Of a stretch of 64,000 nt of DNA, positions 28,915 to 40,569 are shown piece by piece; position 1 is the stretch's first letter; each line of letters starts with the position of its first letter. Origin of the DNA: Anaerovoracaceae bacterium. GTDB taxonomy: Bacteria; Bacillota; Clostridia; Peptostreptococcales; Anaerovoracaceae. The stretch is taken from the NCBI GenBank assembly GCA_045599945.1, contig JAZRWY010000029.1:6-64005 (forward strand). The letters run 5' to 3'. The notes under the pieces were generated by a model, which had not been told where the DNA came from, searched no databases, and was given only the letters and a program-made list of their open reading frames with translations. Made by a program: the position numbers and the translations under genes.

Positions 28915-31113
28915 CTATATTTTTTCAATCGGCGCGATGTCCTTTGCCAGTTTTTTCAGACCGACAGATTCGAACATGATGCTTGCAACCTTTCCATCCA
29001 CTTCAATGACTAAGCCTTCTCCGAATTTCGCATGCTTCACCCGGTCTCCGCTGCTTAACTGCAGACCAGATCCTGCTGCCTTTTTTTCAATGGAGGACTT
29101 GGCATATTTCAGCGAATCAAACGGTTTCTCATGGGGTCTGCCGCCATATCCGTCAATTCCTCCGCCGTTTCCGAAGCGGTCTCCCGGCTTTCTTTCATAT
29201 GCTGCATCTCCATCCATGAAATGTCTGTCAATCTCACGGACAAATTTGGATTCTCTTGTATAATCGGTATGTCCAAACATGGTACGTACCTGGGCGGATG
29301 TAAGGAACAGACGCTCCTTTGCTCTTGTCATGCCCACATAGCAGAGTCTTCGTTCCTCTTCCAGCTTATCCTCCGACTCCAGATTCCGCCACCCCGGAAA
29401 GAGGCCGTCTTCCATTCCCGGCATGAATACTACCGGAAATTCCAGCCCCTTGGCAGAATGCAGGGTCATCATCACCACCGCATCCTCCGAAGGATCATGA
29501 TTGTCTATGTCTGCCATAAGCGCCAGTTTTTCCATGAAATCGTTGAGCGAAAGATTCGGATCCTGGCTTTCCATGTCAGCAATGACAGACTTGAATTCCA
29601 GAATGTTTTCCAATCTTCCCTCTGCTTCCACAGTGCCAACATCCACCAGTGCCTGGTAATATCCTGTATCCGACAGCAGTCCGTCATAGATGTCAGATAC
29701 TCTCAGATTCTCTTTTTCCGTGGCATACTCATTCAGACAGTTTACGAGTTTTCGAACCAGCGGACCGGACCTGGAGGAGAGGCTGCTCAGCACCTCTTCA
29801 TCGCACATGACTGCAAAGAGCGATTCTCCTCTGACGCGGGCCAGCGTCTGAAACTTTTCCAGTGACTTCTGCCCGATTCCTCTTTTCGGCTCATTGATGA
29901 TTCTTTCAAATGCCAGATCGTCCGACGGATTGGCAACCAGACGCATGTATGCCATCATGTCCTTGATTTCCCTGCGGTCGTAATATCTCAATCCTCCCAG
30001 CACCCGGTACGGAATGTCCGCCCTGGAAAGGGCCTCTTCAAAGGTTCTGGACTGGGCATTGGTCCTGTACAGAATGGCAAAATCGCTGTATCTCATCTCA
30101 CTGGTCCGGATCAGTTCAATTTCCTTTGCAATATATTGCGCCTCTTCCCTTTCATTATCCAGCCGGGAATATTCCACTTTCTTTCCTTCTTCCGCCCGGG
30201 TCCAGAGTTTCTTGTCCTTTCTCTGGCTGTTTCTGGAGATGACACTGTGGGCAGCCTCCAGAATGTTTCCGGTGGAGCGGTAGTTCTGTTCCAGCTTGAT
30301 GACCTTCGTATCCTGAAAATCCTTTTCAAATTCCAGTATGTTCCGGATGTCTGCGCCTCTCCACTGGTAGATGCACTGGTCGTCATCCCCTACCACGCAG
30401 ATGTTCCGGTATCTGTCTGCCAGCAGCTGGATCAGTTCATACTGAATGGCATTGGTGTCCTGGTATTCATCCACCATGATATAGCGGAATCTCTCCTGGT
30501 ATTTCTGCAGAACCATTTCATTTTCCCGAAACAGCTTGACTGCATTGAGAAGAAGATCGTCAAAGTCCATGGCATTATTCTTCTGCAGTGCTTTTTCGTA
30601 TGCACAGAAAACGTCATATACGCTCTTGGCCTTATATTGATCTCTGGCTTCAAGAAGATAACCCTCCGGCCCCATTCCTCTATTTTTGAAGGAGGAGATG
30701 ATGCTCAGATAATATGCCGGTTTCTTTTTTTCCTTTTCCAGGCCCAGCTCCTTCAGGATATTCTTTACCACAGCCTTCTGATCTGCCGGATCATAGACTG
30801 CAAAATTTCTGTCATAGCCGATACAGTCCGCATGCATGCGAAGGAAACGAAGGCACGCGGAATGAAAGGTAAGAATCCACATGCCGGTGGTATCTCCCAC
30901 CAGCTGCTCTACTCTATCCTTCATTTCTCCTGCTGCCTTGTTTGTAAATGTCACGGCAAAAATGCTATATGGACTGACACCTTCCTCCCGGATCAGGTGT
31001 GCGATTCTATGTGTCATGGTGCTGGTCTTGCCAGAGCCCGCACCTGCCAGTATGAGGAGGGGGCCATCCTTGTGCAGAACAGCTTCCATCTGTTTTTCAT
31101 TCAGCTGATTCAT
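28915..31113 (-). CDS. pcrA: ATP-dependent DNA helicase PcrA (UvrD family)
   Basis: Begins MNQLNEKQMEAV after an AGGAGAA SD. Contains AGAGSGKT, VDEYQDTN, LEQNYRST and a C-terminal Tudor-like tail. Confidence 0.95.
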   Translation of the reverse strand: MNQLNEKQMEAVLHKDGPLLILAGAGSGKTSTMTHRIAHLIREEGVSPYSIFAVTFTNKAAGEMKDRVEQLVGDTTGMWILTFHSACLRFLRMHADCIGYDRNFAVYDPADQKAVVKNILKELGLEKEKKKPAYYLSIISSFKNRGMGPEGYLLEARDQYKAKSVYDVFCAYEKALQKNNAMDFDDLLLNAVKLFRENEMVLQKYQERFRYIMVDEYQDTNAIQYELIQLLADRYRNICVVGDDDQCIYQWRGADIRNILEFEKDFQDTKVIKLEQNYRSTGNILEAAHSVISRNSQRKDKKLWTRAEEGKKVEYSRLDNEREEAQYIAKEIELIRTSEMRYSDFAILYRTNAQSRTFEEALSRADIPYRVLGGLRYYDRREIKDMMAYMRLVANPSDDLAFERIINEPKRGIGQKSLEKFQTLARVRGESLFAVMCDEEVLSSLSSRSGPLVRKLVNCLNEYATEKENLRVSDIYDGLLSDTGYYQALVDVGTVEAEGRLENILEFKSVIADMESQDPNLSLNDFMEKLALMADIDNHDPSEDAVVMMTLHSAKGLEFPVVFMPGMEDGLFPGWRNLESEDKLEEERRLCYVGMTRAKERLFLTSAQVRTMFGHTDYTRESKFVREIDRHFMDGDAAYERKPGDRFGNGGGIDGYGGRPHEKPFDSLKYAKSSIEKKAAGSGLQLSSGDRVKHAKFGEGLVIEVDGKVASIMFESVGLKKLAKDIAPIEKI

Positions 31114-31213
31114 TCTACTTTTCTCCTGATATATCAATTCTAGTATACCACAAAAACAGAACACAAAGAATAGTAGTTACAGAAATAGGCAGCCGCAATA
31201 ATATGCCTGCCTT

Positions 31214-31244
31214 TAAAAAAACAGTACCCGTTTCCGGATACTGT
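31214..31244 (-). terminator. intrinsic terminator closing the ribosomal supercluster (after rplQ)
   Basis: The minus strand reads ACAGTATCCG-gaaa-CGGGTACTGT followed by TTTTTTT. Confidence 0.85.
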
Positions 31245-31260
31245 TTCATGTTACCGTTTA

Positions 31261-31602
31261 TTAAACAAGCTCAACAAATACTACTTCTGCATTGTCTCCC
31301 TGACGAGGCCCTAACTTTAAGATTCTGGTGTATCCACCATTTCTATCTGCATAATTAGGAGCGATTTCGTCAAATAACTTTGCAACTACTGAGTCATCTG
31401 TTAAATATGCGAAAGCCTGTCTCTTAGCATGAAGATCACCACGCTTACCTAATGTGATCATCTTTTCTGCCATTCTTCTAGTCTCCTTCGCTCTGTCTAA
31501 AGTCGTCTGGATTCTACCATACTTTAAAAGATCTGTTGTCAGATTTCTAAGCATTGACTTTCTGTGAGCTGTAGGTCTACCGAGCTTTTTATAACCTGGC
31601 AT
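31261..31602 (-). CDS. rplQ: 50S ribosomal protein L17
   Basis: Begins [21 protein letters not shown]. Confidence 0.96.
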   Translation of the reverse strand: MPGYKKLGRPTAHRKSMLRNLTTDLLKYGRIQTTLDRAKETRRMAEKMITLGKRGDLHAKRQAFAYLTDDSVVAKLFDEIAPNYADRNGGYTRILKLGPRQGDNAEVVFVELV

Positions 31603-31640
31603 AGCTTGTATCTCCTTTCATTTTGTCTATTTCACGTAAA

Positions 31641-32588
31641 TTATTCTTCATTCGGTCTTAATTCAAGGCCTAACTCTTCGAGTTTATGCTTTACTTCATC
31701 CAGGGACTTCTTTCCAAGGTTTCTAACCTTCATCATGTCCTCTTCTGAACGCTGTGTCAGTTCTTCAACAGTGTTGATGGAAGCTCTCTTTAAGCAGTTG
31801 AAGGAACGAACGGAAAGTTCCAGTTCTTCAATTGTCATTTCCAGAGCCTTTTCTTTCTGGCTTTCTTCCTTTTCCACCATGATTTCCATGGCATCCGTGT
31901 CTTCTGTCAATGCAATGAACAGTTTCAGATGCTCCTGCATGATTTTAGCACCGATGGAAACGCCTTCTTCCGGTCTGATGGAACCGTCTGTCCAGATTTC
32001 CATTACCAGTCTGTCAAAGTCTGTAACCTGACCAACTCTTGTGTTTTCCACTGTAAAATTAACTTTTCTTACAGGTGTATAGATGGAGTCAACCGGAATT
32101 ACTGCAATCGGAGTATTTTCAGTCTTGTTCTGCTCTGCAGGAACATAACCTCTTCCTCTTGCAAGATTAATTTCCATTACCAGTGAAGCATTTTCTTCCA
32201 GAGTAGCAATGTGCAGTTCAGGGTTGAAGATTTCAACTTCTCCATCACCGATGATATCTGCTGCTGTTACTTCTTTCGGTCCTACTGCATTGATAATGAC
32301 TCTCTTTGTATCTTCACCTGTTAATCTTACAGCTAATTTCTTAAGGTTTAAGATGATTTCCGTAACATCTTCCTTTACTCCAGGAACCGTTGAGAATTCA
32401 TGGAGAATACCGTCGATTTTAACTGATGTAACTGCCGCTCCCGGTAATGAGGATAAGAAAATTCTTCTTAAGCTGTTTCCAAGAGTAGTACCATATCCTC
32501 TTTCCAGAGGCTCAACTATGAACTTGCCATAGTTAGGATCTTCTTTTGAATATATACATTCAATTGTTGGTTTTTCAATTTCTATCAT
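31641..32588 (-). CDS. rpoA: DNA-directed RNA polymerase subunit alpha
   Basis: 315 aa containing [17 protein letters not shown], with a C-terminal domain containing [13 protein letters not shown]. Confidence 0.96.
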   Translation of the reverse strand: MIEIEKPTIECIYSKEDPNYGKFIVEPLERGYGTTLGNSLRRIFLSSLPGAAVTSVKIDGILHEFSTVPGVKEDVTEIILNLKKLAVRLTGEDTKRVIINAVGPKEVTAADIIGDGEVEIFNPELHIATLEENASLVMEINLARGRGYVPAEQNKTENTPIAVIPVDSIYTPVRKVNFTVENTRVGQVTDFDRLVMEIWTDGSIRPEEGVSIGAKIMQEHLKLFIALTEDTDAMEIMVEKEESQKEKALEMTIEELELSVRSFNCLKRASINTVEELTQRSEEDMMKVRNLGKKSLDEVKHKLEELGLELRPNEE

Positions 32589-32632
32589 TAAAAACCCTCC
32601 CTTTCATCCAAGATTTAAATCTCTCTAATAGA

Positions 32633-33253
32633 TTACTTGGAGTATAATTCGACGATAAGATGTTCTGCTACTGGAGTATCGATCTGATTTCTTGTCGGGA
32701 TGGATAAGATCTTTCCTTCAAGCTTTTCTGCATCTACACTCATCCAAGCAGGAACCGTGATAACCATATCCTTGATTTCCTTGAACTTCGGTGAGCTCTG
32801 GCTCTTTTCCTTAACCTTAATGACATCTCCAGCCTTTAATTCCATGGAAGGAATTGTAGCTTTCTTTCCGTTTACTGTGAAATGACCGTGTGTTACAAGC
32901 TGTCTTGCTTCCTTTCTTGATGAAGCAAGTCCAAGTCTGAATACTACGTTATCAAGTCTTGTTTCTAAAAGAATCAGAAGATTTTCACCAGTGATGCCCG
33001 GTTTCTTGTCAGCCTTCTCAAAAAGATTTCTGAACTGAGTTTCCTGAAGTCCATAGAATCTCTTGGTCTTCTGCTTTTCTCTTAACTGAGTAGCATATTC
33101 TGACTGCTTCTTTCTGCTCTGACCGTGCTGTCCAGGAGCGTAATTTCTCTTTTCTAAAGCGCACTTGTCGCTGTAGCATCTTTCACCCTTTAAGAACAGT
33201 TTCTGTCCTTCTCTTCTGCATAATTTGCAGTTAGCGTCTGTATATCTTGACAT
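32633..33253 (-). CDS. rpsD: 30S ribosomal protein S4
   Basis: Begins [26 protein letters not shown] and contains an S4 domain. Confidence 0.96.
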   Translation of the reverse strand: MSRYTDANCKLCRREGQKLFLKGERCYSDKCALEKRNYAPGQHGQSRKKQSEYATQLREKQKTKRFYGLQETQFRNLFEKADKKPGITGENLLILLETRLDNVVFRLGLASSRKEARQLVTHGHFTVNGKKATIPSMELKAGDVIKVKEKSQSSPKFKEIKDMVITVPAWMSVDAEKLEGKILSIPTRNQIDTPVAEHLIVELYSK

Positions 33254-33271
33254 TAAATTACTCCTCCTTTC

Positions 33272-33670
33272 CTAGACTCTTCTTCTCTTTGGCGGACGGC
33301 ATCCGTTGTGTGGAATCGGTGTGATATCTCTGATCATTGTGATATCAAGACCTGCTGTCTGAAGTGCTCTGATTGCAGCTTCTCTTCCGGAGCCTGGTCC
33401 CTTAACGTATACTTCTACTGTCTTTAAGCCATGTTCCATAGCGCCCTTAGCAGCTACTGTTGCAGCTTCCTGTGCAGCAAATGGAGTTGACTTTCTTGAT
33501 CCCTTGAATCCAAGAGATCCAGCACTTGACCATGCCAATGCATTACCCTGCATGTCTGTTAATGTTACAAGAGTATTATTGAAGGTAGCCTGAATGTGCG
33601 CCTGGCCTTTTTCAATATTCTTGCGCTCTTTTTTCTTTTTTCTAACTGTTTTCTTTGCAGCTTTAGCCAT
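33272..33670 (-). CDS. rpsK: 30S ribosomal protein S11
   Basis: Contains [18 protein letters not shown] and ends ...[13 protein letters not shown]. Confidence 0.96.
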   Translation of the reverse strand: MAKAAKKTVRKKKKERKNIEKGQAHIQATFNNTLVTLTDMQGNALAWSSAGSLGFKGSRKSTPFAAQEAATVAAKGAMEHGLKTVEVYVKGPGSGREAAIRALQTAGLDITMIRDITPIPHNGCRPPKRRRV

Positions 33671-33684
33671 TACATTCTACCTCC

Positions 33685-34053
33685 TTACTTCTTCTTTCTG
33701 CCAACGGTCTTCTTAGGACCCTTACGAGTTCTAGCGTTCGTCTTTGTTTTCTGACCTCTAACCGGAAGGCCTCTTCTATGTCTGATACCTCTGTAGCAGC
33801 CGATTTCCATTAATCTCTTGATGTTTAATGAAGTTTCTCTTCTTAAATCACCTTCTACAAGATAATCTTCATCGATGATCTTTCTGATCTTACCTGCTTC
33901 TTCTTCAGTTAAGTCCTTAACTCTTGTATCCGGATTTACACCAGCCTTTTCCAGGATGATGCTTGCTGTTGGTCTGCCAATACCATAAATGTATGTAAGA
34001 CCGATTTCTACTCTTTTCTCTCTGGGTAAGTCTACACCAGCAATACGAGCCAT
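33685..34053 (-). CDS. rpsM: 30S ribosomal protein S13
   Basis: Begins [26 protein letters not shown]. Confidence 0.96.
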   Translation of the reverse strand: MARIAGVDLPREKRVEIGLTYIYGIGRPTASIILEKAGVNPDTRVKDLTEEEAGKIRKIIDEDYLVEGDLRRETSLNIKRLMEIGCYRGIRHRRGLPVRGQKTKTNARTRKGPKKTVGRKKK

Positions 34054-34178
34054 ACTTTTTCTCCTTCCCCCATCTTCCTTCGCCTTTCAGGAGCGATATA
34101 GACGGGATCACATAATTATACGATGTGCCCTTTCGTGGCTGCAGTCCTGATCCTGCAGCCGGCACTTTTAAAACTTAA

Positions 34179-34313
<135 letters not shown>

Positions 34314-34532
34314 CTACTTGTCTCTCCATGTAATTCTGCCTCTTGTCAGGTCATACGGTGATAATTCAACCTTTACTCTGTCTCCTGGCAGGATTCTGAT
34401 GAAGTTCATTCTAATTTTTCCTGAAACGTGTGCAAGCACTTCGAAACCATTATCTAGCTTAACAACAAACATTGCATTTGGCTGAGCATCAACAACTGTT
34501 CCTTCTGCTTCGATGACGTCATTTTTCGCCAT
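34314..34532 (-). CDS. infA: translation initiation factor IF-1
   Basis: Begins [14 protein letters not shown] and contains [19 protein letters not shown]. Confidence 0.96.
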   Translation of the reverse strand: MAKNDVIEAEGTVVDAQPNAMFVVKLDNGFEVLAHVSGKIRMNFIRILPGDRVKVELSPYDLTRGRITWRDK

Positions 34533-34544
34533 AATTACACTCCT

Positions 34545-35291
34545 TTATAATGTAAGCAGCTGCGGTTCACCATCTGTGATTACAACTGTATTCTCATAGT
34601 GGGCCGATAACCTACCGTCTGCAGTAACTACAGTCCAGTTGTTATTCAGCGTTTCTACTTTATAAGTACCTTCACTGATCATTGGCTCTATGGCAAATAC
34701 CATTCCGGGAGCCAGTCTCGGTCCTCTTCCGGCCTTGCCATAGTTTGGAATCTGAGGGTCTTCATGCATCTGGCGTCCAACGCCATGACCCACAAAGTCT
34801 CTAATGACAGAGAATCCCTCACCTTCTGCCTTTTCCTGAATGGCATGTGAGATGTCTGATAATCTGTAACCCACTCTGCAGAATTCAAGTCCTGCAAAGA
34901 AACTGTCTCTTGTTGCATCAATCAGATGCTGTGCTTCTTTACTGATCTGACCGATTCCATATGTTCTGGCAGCATCGCTTACATATCCTTTATATGTAGA
35001 ACCGACATCCACGCTTACGATATCTCCTTCGTGAATGATTCTGGAATCTTCCGGAATACCATGTACAACCTCTTCATTGATGGATACACATGCACTTCCC
35101 GGAAAGCCGCCATAGCCTTTGAATGTAGGAATCATGTTATGACTTCTAATGGTTTCTTCTACAAAACGATCAACATCCAGAGTGCTCATTCCCGGCCGGA
35201 TTCTCTGCTCCAGCTCGCCAAGAATGTACCCTGTTACTTTTCCGGATTCTCGCATGAGTTCAATTTCATCCGGTGATTTAATGATTATCAT
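34545..35291 (-). CDS. map: type I methionine aminopeptidase
   Basis: 248 aa. The metal ligands are in context (DIVSVD, DAARTY, GHGVG, FAIEP, HYENT). Confidence 0.95.
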   Translation of the reverse strand: MIIIKSPDEIELMRESGKVTGYILGELEQRIRPGMSTLDVDRFVEETIRSHNMIPTFKGYGGFPGSACVSINEEVVHGIPEDSRIIHEGDIVSVDVGSTYKGYVSDAARTYGIGQISKEAQHLIDATRDSFFAGLEFCRVGYRLSDISHAIQEKAEGEGFSVIRDFVGHGVGRQMHEDPQIPNYGKAGRGPRLAPGMVFAIEPMISEGTYKVETLNNNWTVVTADGRLSAHYENTVVITDGEPQLLTL

Positions 35292-35292
35292 T

Positions 35293-35937
35293 CTATTCTC
35301 CTAAAGCACTTACAATGTCAGCAAATACACTATCCAGACCTGTTGCGCCATCGATGTCAGCGATGCAGCCGGCCTTCTGATAGTAATCTACAAGCGGCAG
35401 TGTCTGAGCTTCATAAACAGAAATTCTGTTTGTTGCAGTTTCCACTGTATCGTCTTTTCTCTGTTCCAGCTCGCCGCCGCAGAAATCACAGATGCCTTCT
35501 GTTTTTGGCGGGATGTTTACGATGTGGAATGATGCTCCGCACTTCCTGCAGACTCTTCTACCAGTAAGTCTTGTAATGAGCTCTTCCTTTTCAACTTCAA
35601 GATTAATGACACAATCAATTCTGTCACCTTTTGCTGCAAGGAATTCGTCAAGCTTTTCAGCCTGGAAAACTGTTCTTGGGAATCCATCCAGCAGGAATCC
35701 GTCCTTGCAATCCTCCTGAGAGATTCTGTCGGTTGCAAGATCGATGACCAGTTCGTCCGGAACCAGTTCACCGCGGTTCATGTATTCCTGTGCTTTCTTT
35801 CCAAGCGCAGTTCCGTTTTTAATGTTTTCTCTGAATATGTCTCCTGTGGAGATGTGAGGAACGCCGTATTTCTCAACGATGTTTACGGCCTGCGTTCCCT
35901 TACCTGCACCCGGAGGCCCCAATAATATAAGATTCAT
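35293..35937 (-). CDS. adk: adenylate kinase
   Basis: Begins MNLILLGPPGAGKGTQA and contains a zinc lid (CRKCG...CDFCG). Confidence 0.96.
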   Translation of the reverse strand: MNLILLGPPGAGKGTQAVNIVEKYGVPHISTGDIFRENIKNGTALGKKAQEYMNRGELVPDELVIDLATDRISQEDCKDGFLLDGFPRTVFQAEKLDEFLAAKGDRIDCVINLEVEKEELITRLTGRRVCRKCGASFHIVNIPPKTEGICDFCGGELEQRKDDTVETATNRISVYEAQTLPLVDYYQKAGCIADIDGATGLDSVFADIVSALGE

Positions 35938-35961
35938 ATTATCTACCTCGATTCAAAATTC

Positions 35962-37242
35962 CTATCCTAGGAACCCATGATAGTTTCTCATGACCATCTG
36001 CTCTTCCAGCTGTTTCATTGTATCCAGTGCAACGCCGACAGCAATCAGAAGTGATGTTCCACCGAACTTGAAGTCGATGGCTGTGAAACTACCGATGATT
36101 AATGGCATAACAGCGATAACTGCAAGGAATACTGCTCCTACGAAAGTTATTCTGTTCATTACCTTTGTTAAGTATTCAACCGTTGGTTTTCCCGGTCTGA
36201 TTCCAGGAATGAATCCGCCGTTTGACTTCAGATTCATGGATACTTCCATAGGATTAAAAGTAATCGCAGTATAGAAGTATGTGAAGAATGCAATCAGTCC
36301 TGCGTAGAATATACTATATACATATACGCCCGGTGTACCGTTTGTTGATAACCATTTTAATGTCCATTCTGCAAATGGAGTGTTCGGCCAGAAGTAAACC
36401 ATTGTCTGCGGCAGCTGTAATAATGACATGCCGAAGATTACAGGAATAACGCCTGCCTGGTTAACCTTGAGAGGAATATGTGTGGACTGTCCGCCATACA
36501 TCTTTCTTCCAACCACTCTCTTTGCATACTGTACAGGAATTCTTCTCTGACCCTGCTGGATTTCAATGATTACTACAATAACAAGTATTGCGAATGCAAT
36601 GAAGATCAATACGCCAACAACGTCAATGGCACCTGTATGCACCTGATTGTAGGTGTTCATGATTGCACTAGGAATTCTTGCAACGATGCCACCGAAGATA
36701 ATCAGTGAGATACCGTTTCCGATACCGTTTTCGTTGATCAGTTCTCCTAGCCACATCAGGAAAGCAGTACCTGCAGATAGTACAAGTATTACTGTAATGA
36801 TGTGGAATGCATCTGTATTCAGAAGATACTGTTTGAAGATACCCATTGTCATGCCGGCAGCCTGAACAAATGCAAGTGCTACCGTCAGATATCTTGTATA
36901 CTGTCCGATCTTCTTTCTTCCTTCCAGTCCTTCTCTTGCCAGTCTTTCCAGTGCCGGAATGGCTACTGTCAGCAGCTGAAGAACGATGGAAGCTGTAATA
37001 TAAGGTGTTATACTAAGGGCAAATATTGTAAGATTACTGAATGCTCCACCTGAAAACAGGTCAAACAGTGCAAATAATCCTGAGTCATTGCTAAATGCCT
37101 GATCTAAGATTTCTCTATTAATACCCGGTACCGGAATGTTGGATCCGATTCTGAAAACAACCAGCATCAGAAGGGTGAATACAATCTTCTTTCTGATATC
37201 AGGTATTTTCCAGGCTTTAACAAGAGTCTTCAATCCTTCCAT
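35962..37242 (-). CDS. secY: preprotein translocase subunit SecY
   Basis: 426 aa with 10 TM segments. Contains IPDIRKKIVFTL and GIGNGISLIIF. Confidence 0.96.
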   Translation of the reverse strand: MEGLKTLVKAWKIPDIRKKIVFTLLMLVVFRIGSNIPVPGINREILDQAFSNDSGLFALFDLFSGGAFSNLTIFALSITPYITASIVLQLLTVAIPALERLAREGLEGRKKIGQYTRYLTVALAFVQAAGMTMGIFKQYLLNTDAFHIITVILVLSAGTAFLMWLGELINENGIGNGISLIIFGGIVARIPSAIMNTYNQVHTGAIDVVGVLIFIAFAILVIVVIIEIQQGQRRIPVQYAKRVVGRKMYGGQSTHIPLKVNQAGVIPVIFGMSLLQLPQTMVYFWPNTPFAEWTLKWLSTNGTPGVYVYSIFYAGLIAFFTYFYTAITFNPMEVSMNLKSNGGFIPGIRPGKPTVEYLTKVMNRITFVGAVFLAVIAVMPLIIGSFTAIDFKFGGTSLLIAVGVALDTMKQLEEQMVMRNYHGFLG

Positions 37243-37243
37243 C

Positions 37244-37687
37244 CTAGATTACCTCTACCTTTCCTCCGGCTGCTTCTATTTTTTCTACTGCTGTCTTACT
37301 GAACTTGTTCGCCTGAACTGTTAAGCTCTTTTCTAAGCTGCCTTCTCCAAGAATCTTGATGCCGCCATTCTTAACCTGCTTAACCATTCCTTCTTCCTTC
37401 AGAAGTTCAGGTGTTACGACTGTACCTGCTTCAAATCTGTTCAGAGCAGAAAGATTAACTACAGAATATTCTGTTGCCCAGATATTTGTGAAGCCTCTCT
37501 TTGGAAGTCTTCTGTAAAGTGGCATCTGGCCACCTTCGAAACCAAGTCTTACGCCGCCGCCTGATCTTGAGTTCTGACCATTCATACCTCTACCAGCTGT
37601 TGTACCATTGCCAGTACCTGTACCACGGCCTTTTCTCTTAGGAGCTCTTGTTGAGCCTTCAGGAGCCTTTAATTCATGTAATTTCAT
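37244..37687 (-). CDS. rplO: 50S ribosomal protein L15
   Basis: Begins [22 protein letters not shown] after an AGGAGG SD. The GTG extension was rejected. Confidence 0.95.
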   Translation of the reverse strand: MKLHELKAPEGSTRAPKRKGRGTGTGNGTTAGRGMNGQNSRSGGGVRLGFEGGQMPLYRRLPKRGFTNIWATEYSVVNLSALNRFEAGTVVTPELLKEEGMVKQVKNGGIKILGEGSLEKSLTVQANKFSKTAVEKIEAAGGKVEVI

Positions 37688-37699
37688 ATTCTGCACCTC

Positions 37700-37876
37700 C
37701 TACTCTTCTACTGTAAGAAGATGTGATACCTTGTTGATATTGCCGCGTGTTGCTGCATTATCTTCCAGTTCAACTGTCTGGTGCATCTTCTTTAAACCTA
37801 ATGCTTCAACAACCTTCTTCTGTCTTGGGGAAGCACCAATCGTGGATTTTGTTAAAGTAACTTTAATTTTAGCCAT
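37700..37876 (-). CDS. rpmD: 50S ribosomal protein L30; below the ORF-track cutoff
   Basis: The minus-strand translation is [58 protein letters not shown] (58 aa). Confidence 0.92.
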   Translation of the reverse strand: MAKIKVTLTKSTIGASPRQKKVVEALGLKKMHQTVELEDNAATRGNINKVSHLLTVEE

Positions 37877-37889
37877 TTCTACTTCCTCC

Positions 37890-38393
37890 TTAACCTAAGA
37901 TTTCTTCAGGAGTCTTGCCTCTTAATTTTGCAACTTCTTCTACTGTTACCAGTGACTTTAAGCCTTCCAGAGTTGCATAAGCCATGTTTCCTGTGTTGTT
38001 TGAACCAATTGATTTTGCTCTAACGTCTTTGATTCCTGCAGCTTCCAGTACTGTTCTTACTGATGAACCTGCGATAACTCCGGTACCCTGTGCAGCCGGC
38101 ATGAGTAAAACTCTGCCTGCGCCGAATACGCCGAGCTGTCTATGTGGAATTGTTGTTCCTACTGTAGGAACTGAAATTAAGTTCTTCTTTGCATCTTCTG
38201 TAGCTTTTCTTACTGCTTCCGGTATTTCGATAGCCTTTCCAAGACCAACGCCTACGTGACCTTCGCCGTCTCCAACTACTACAGTAACGCTGAATCTCAT
38301 GTTTCTACCGCCCTTAACTGTCTTTGCAACACGTCTGATATTTACGATAGTTTCTGTAAGTTCCAGCCTGGATGCATCTATTGTATTTCTCAT
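37890..38393 (-). CDS. rpsE: 30S ribosomal protein S5
   Basis: Begins [14 protein letters not shown] after a TAGGAGG SD. Contains [10 protein letters not shown]. Confidence 0.95.
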   Translation of the reverse strand: MRNTIDASRLELTETIVNIRRVAKTVKGGRNMRFSVTVVVGDGEGHVGVGLGKAIEIPEAVRKATEDAKKNLISVPTVGTTIPHRQLGVFGAGRVLLMPAAQGTGVIAGSSVRTVLEAAGIKDVRAKSIGSNNTGNMAYATLEGLKSLVTVEEVAKLRGKTPEEILG

Positions 38394-38403
38394 TTGATAC
38401 CTC

Positions 38404-38769
38404 CTAGAATTTAAGTCCGCCTTCACGTGCGCCGTCAGCTAATTCCTTCACTCTTCCGTGATAAAGGAATCCGCCTCTGTCAAAAGCTACAACTTCTATA
38501 CCCTTCGCAAGAGCTTTCTTTGCTAAAGCTTCGCCGACTTTCTTTGCAGCTTCCTTGTTTCCACCATAACCGATCTCTGCCTTAAGATCCTTGTCGATGG
38601 TTGATGCAGATACTAATGTAATGCCTGCTACGTCATCGATGATCTGTGCGGAGATGTTTTTGTTGGATCTGAATACTACAAGTCTAGGCTTTTCAGGAGT
38701 TCCTGCTAAATTTTTTCTAACTCTCTTATGTCTCTTCAGACGCTGTTCGTTTTTGCTTAACTTTGCCAT
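38404..38769 (-). CDS. rplR: 50S ribosomal protein L18
   Basis: Contains [23 protein letters not shown] and [26 protein letters not shown]. Confidence 0.96.
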   Translation of the reverse strand: MAKLSKNEQRLKRHKRVRKNLAGTPEKPRLVVFRSNKNISAQIIDDVAGITLVSASTIDKDLKAEIGYGGNKEAAKKVGEALAKKALAKGIEVVAFDRGGFLYHGRVKELADGAREGGLKF

Positions 38770-38787
38770 TTAACCATTCACTCCTTT

Positions 38788-39330
38788 CTACTGTGCTCCA
38801 GCCTTACCTTCTTTACGACGGATAACTTCGTCAACATACTTGATGCCCTTGCCCTTGTATGGTTCAGGCTGTCTCCACTTACGGATGTTTGCTGCGTAGT
38901 TTCCAACGAAAGCTTTATCTATACCTTTAACGACTATTTCAGTTGCACTTGGAACTTCTGTTTCGATTCCTTCAGGGTCGGTCATGATTACAGGATGGGA
39001 ATAGCCAAGGGATAATACTAAGTCCTTGCCCTTCTTTTCTGCCTTGTAACCAACACCGTTGATCTGAAGCTTCTTTTCGAATCCCTGAGATACTCCAACA
39101 ACCATGTTGTTGATCAGAGTTCTTGCAAGACCGTGCTGTGATCTGTGTTCCTTTGCATCGGATGGTCTTGATACGATAACTTCTGTTCCTTCAACTTTTA
39201 CTGTTAACTTCTCGCTAACCTGCTGCTGTAATTCACCCTTAGGTCCCTTAACGTAAACAACGTTGTTGTCATCTACCTTAACTTCTACGCCAGCAGGAAT
39301 GCTAACAGGCTTGATACCTATTCTTGACAT
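38788..39330 (-). CDS. rplF: 50S ribosomal protein L6
   Basis: Begins [19 protein letters not shown]. Confidence 0.96.
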   Translation of the reverse strand: MSRIGIKPVSIPAGVEVKVDDNNVVYVKGPKGELQQQVSEKLTVKVEGTEVIVSRPSDAKEHRSQHGLARTLINNMVVGVSQGFEKKLQINGVGYKAEKKGKDLVLSLGYSHPVIMTDPEGIETEVPSATEIVVKGIDKAFVGNYAANIRKWRQPEPYKGKGIKYVDEVIRRKEGKAGAQ

Positions 39331-39340
39331 GTTCTACCTC

Positions 39341-39739
39341 CTACCAAACGTAACAAATTACTTCGCCGCCAACATTGAGCTTTCTAGCTTCCTTGTCGCT
39401 GATTACTCCCTTGGATGTTGAGATAATAGCAACTCCGAGTCCGCCTAATACTCTTGGAATGTCGCCAGCCTTGCAATAAACTTTTAAGCCAGGCTTTGAA
39501 ATCTTCTTGATTCCCTTGATTACTCTTTCCTTTTCAGCTGAGTACTTCATCTGAACCTTGATGATTCCCTGCTTTCCGTCTTCTATAACTTCGAAACCAT
39601 TAATGTAGCCTTCATCTAATAAGATCTGAGCGATTGCCTTCTTCATCTTTGAAGCAGGAATCTCTACTGTTGGGTGGCCTACAGTATTGGCATTTCTGAT
39701 TCTAGTAAGCATATCTGCTACTGGATCTGTCATTGTCAT
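39341..39739 (-). CDS. rpsH: 30S ribosomal protein S8
   Basis: Begins [17 protein letters not shown] after an AAGGAGA SD. Confidence 0.95.
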   Translation of the reverse strand: MTMTDPVADMLTRIRNANTVGHPTVEIPASKMKKAIAQILLDEGYINGFEVIEDGKQGIIKVQMKYSAEKERVIKGIKKISKPGLKVYCKAGDIPRVLGGLGVAIISTSKGVISDKEARKLNVGGEVICYVW

Positions 39740-39813
39740 TACAGTGTTCTCCTTCCTTCGCGTGGTTCTGCTTTTCTCCTTATGCAGCCTTCGCAACGTG
39801 CTTTAACTTCATT

Positions 39814-39999
39814 CTACCAGCTTGCTTTTCTAACGCCTGGTATTTCACCCTTGTATGCAAGTTCTCTGAAGCAGATACGGCAGATGCCATACTTCTTGAG
39901 TACGGAATGCGGTCTTCCGCAGATTCTGCATCTTGTATATGCTCTTGTTGAATACTTAGGTTTTCTCTGCTGTTTTACTTTTAAAGATGTTTTAGCCAT
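39814..39999 (-). CDS. rpsN: 30S ribosomal protein S14 type Z (zinc form)
   Basis: Begins [46 protein letters not shown] (61 aa) after a TAGGAGG SD. Confidence 0.95.
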   Translation of the reverse strand: MAKTSLKVKQQRKPKYSTRAYTRCRICGRPHSVLKKYGICRICFRELAYKGEIPGVRKASW

Positions 40000-40009
40000 T
40001 CTGATCCTC

Positions 40010-40552
40010 CTACTTTTCAAACGGCATGCCAAGAGCCTTCAGAAGCTCCATGGCTTCCTCGTCTGTTGGTGCTGTTGTTGTGAATACTATGTCCATACCT
40101 TTAACAACTTCAACCTGGTCATAGCTGATTTCAGGGAAGATTAACTGTTCTTTGATGCCCATTGCATAGTTGCCTCTGCCATCAAATGAATTCTTGCTTA
40201 CACCCTTGAAGTCTCTTACTCTAGGAAGAGCGATATTGAAGAATTTATCTGCAAATTCATACATCTGATCTCCTCTTAATGTAACCTTGACTCCTACAGG
40301 CATTCCTTCTCTAACCTTAAAGTTTGCGATGGATTTTCTAGCCTTTGTGATAACCGGCTTCTGACCTGAGATCAGTGCAAGTTCTTTTACTGCCTGCTCG
40401 ATGATCTTTGCGTTATCCTTACCTTCTCCAAGACCCATGTTGATTGTGATCTTTTCAAGCTTTGGAACCTGCATTGCATTTTCATACTGGAACTTTTCCT
40501 GTAATGCTCCAAAAACTTCATTCTTGTACATTTCTTTCATTCTTGCTGCCAA
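40010..40552 (-). CDS. rplE: 50S ribosomal protein L5
   Basis: Contains [28 protein letters not shown] and [18 protein letters not shown]. Confidence 0.96.
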   Translation of the reverse strand: MAARMKEMYKNEVFGALQEKFQYENAMQVPKLEKITINMGLGEGKDNAKIIEQAVKELALISGQKPVITKARKSIANFKVREGMPVGVKVTLRGDQMYEFADKFFNIALPRVRDFKGVSKNSFDGRGNYAMGIKEQLIFPEISYDQVEVVKGMDIVFTTTAPTDEEAMELLKALGMPFEK

Positions 40553-40569
40553 TGTCGTCTCCTCCTTTC

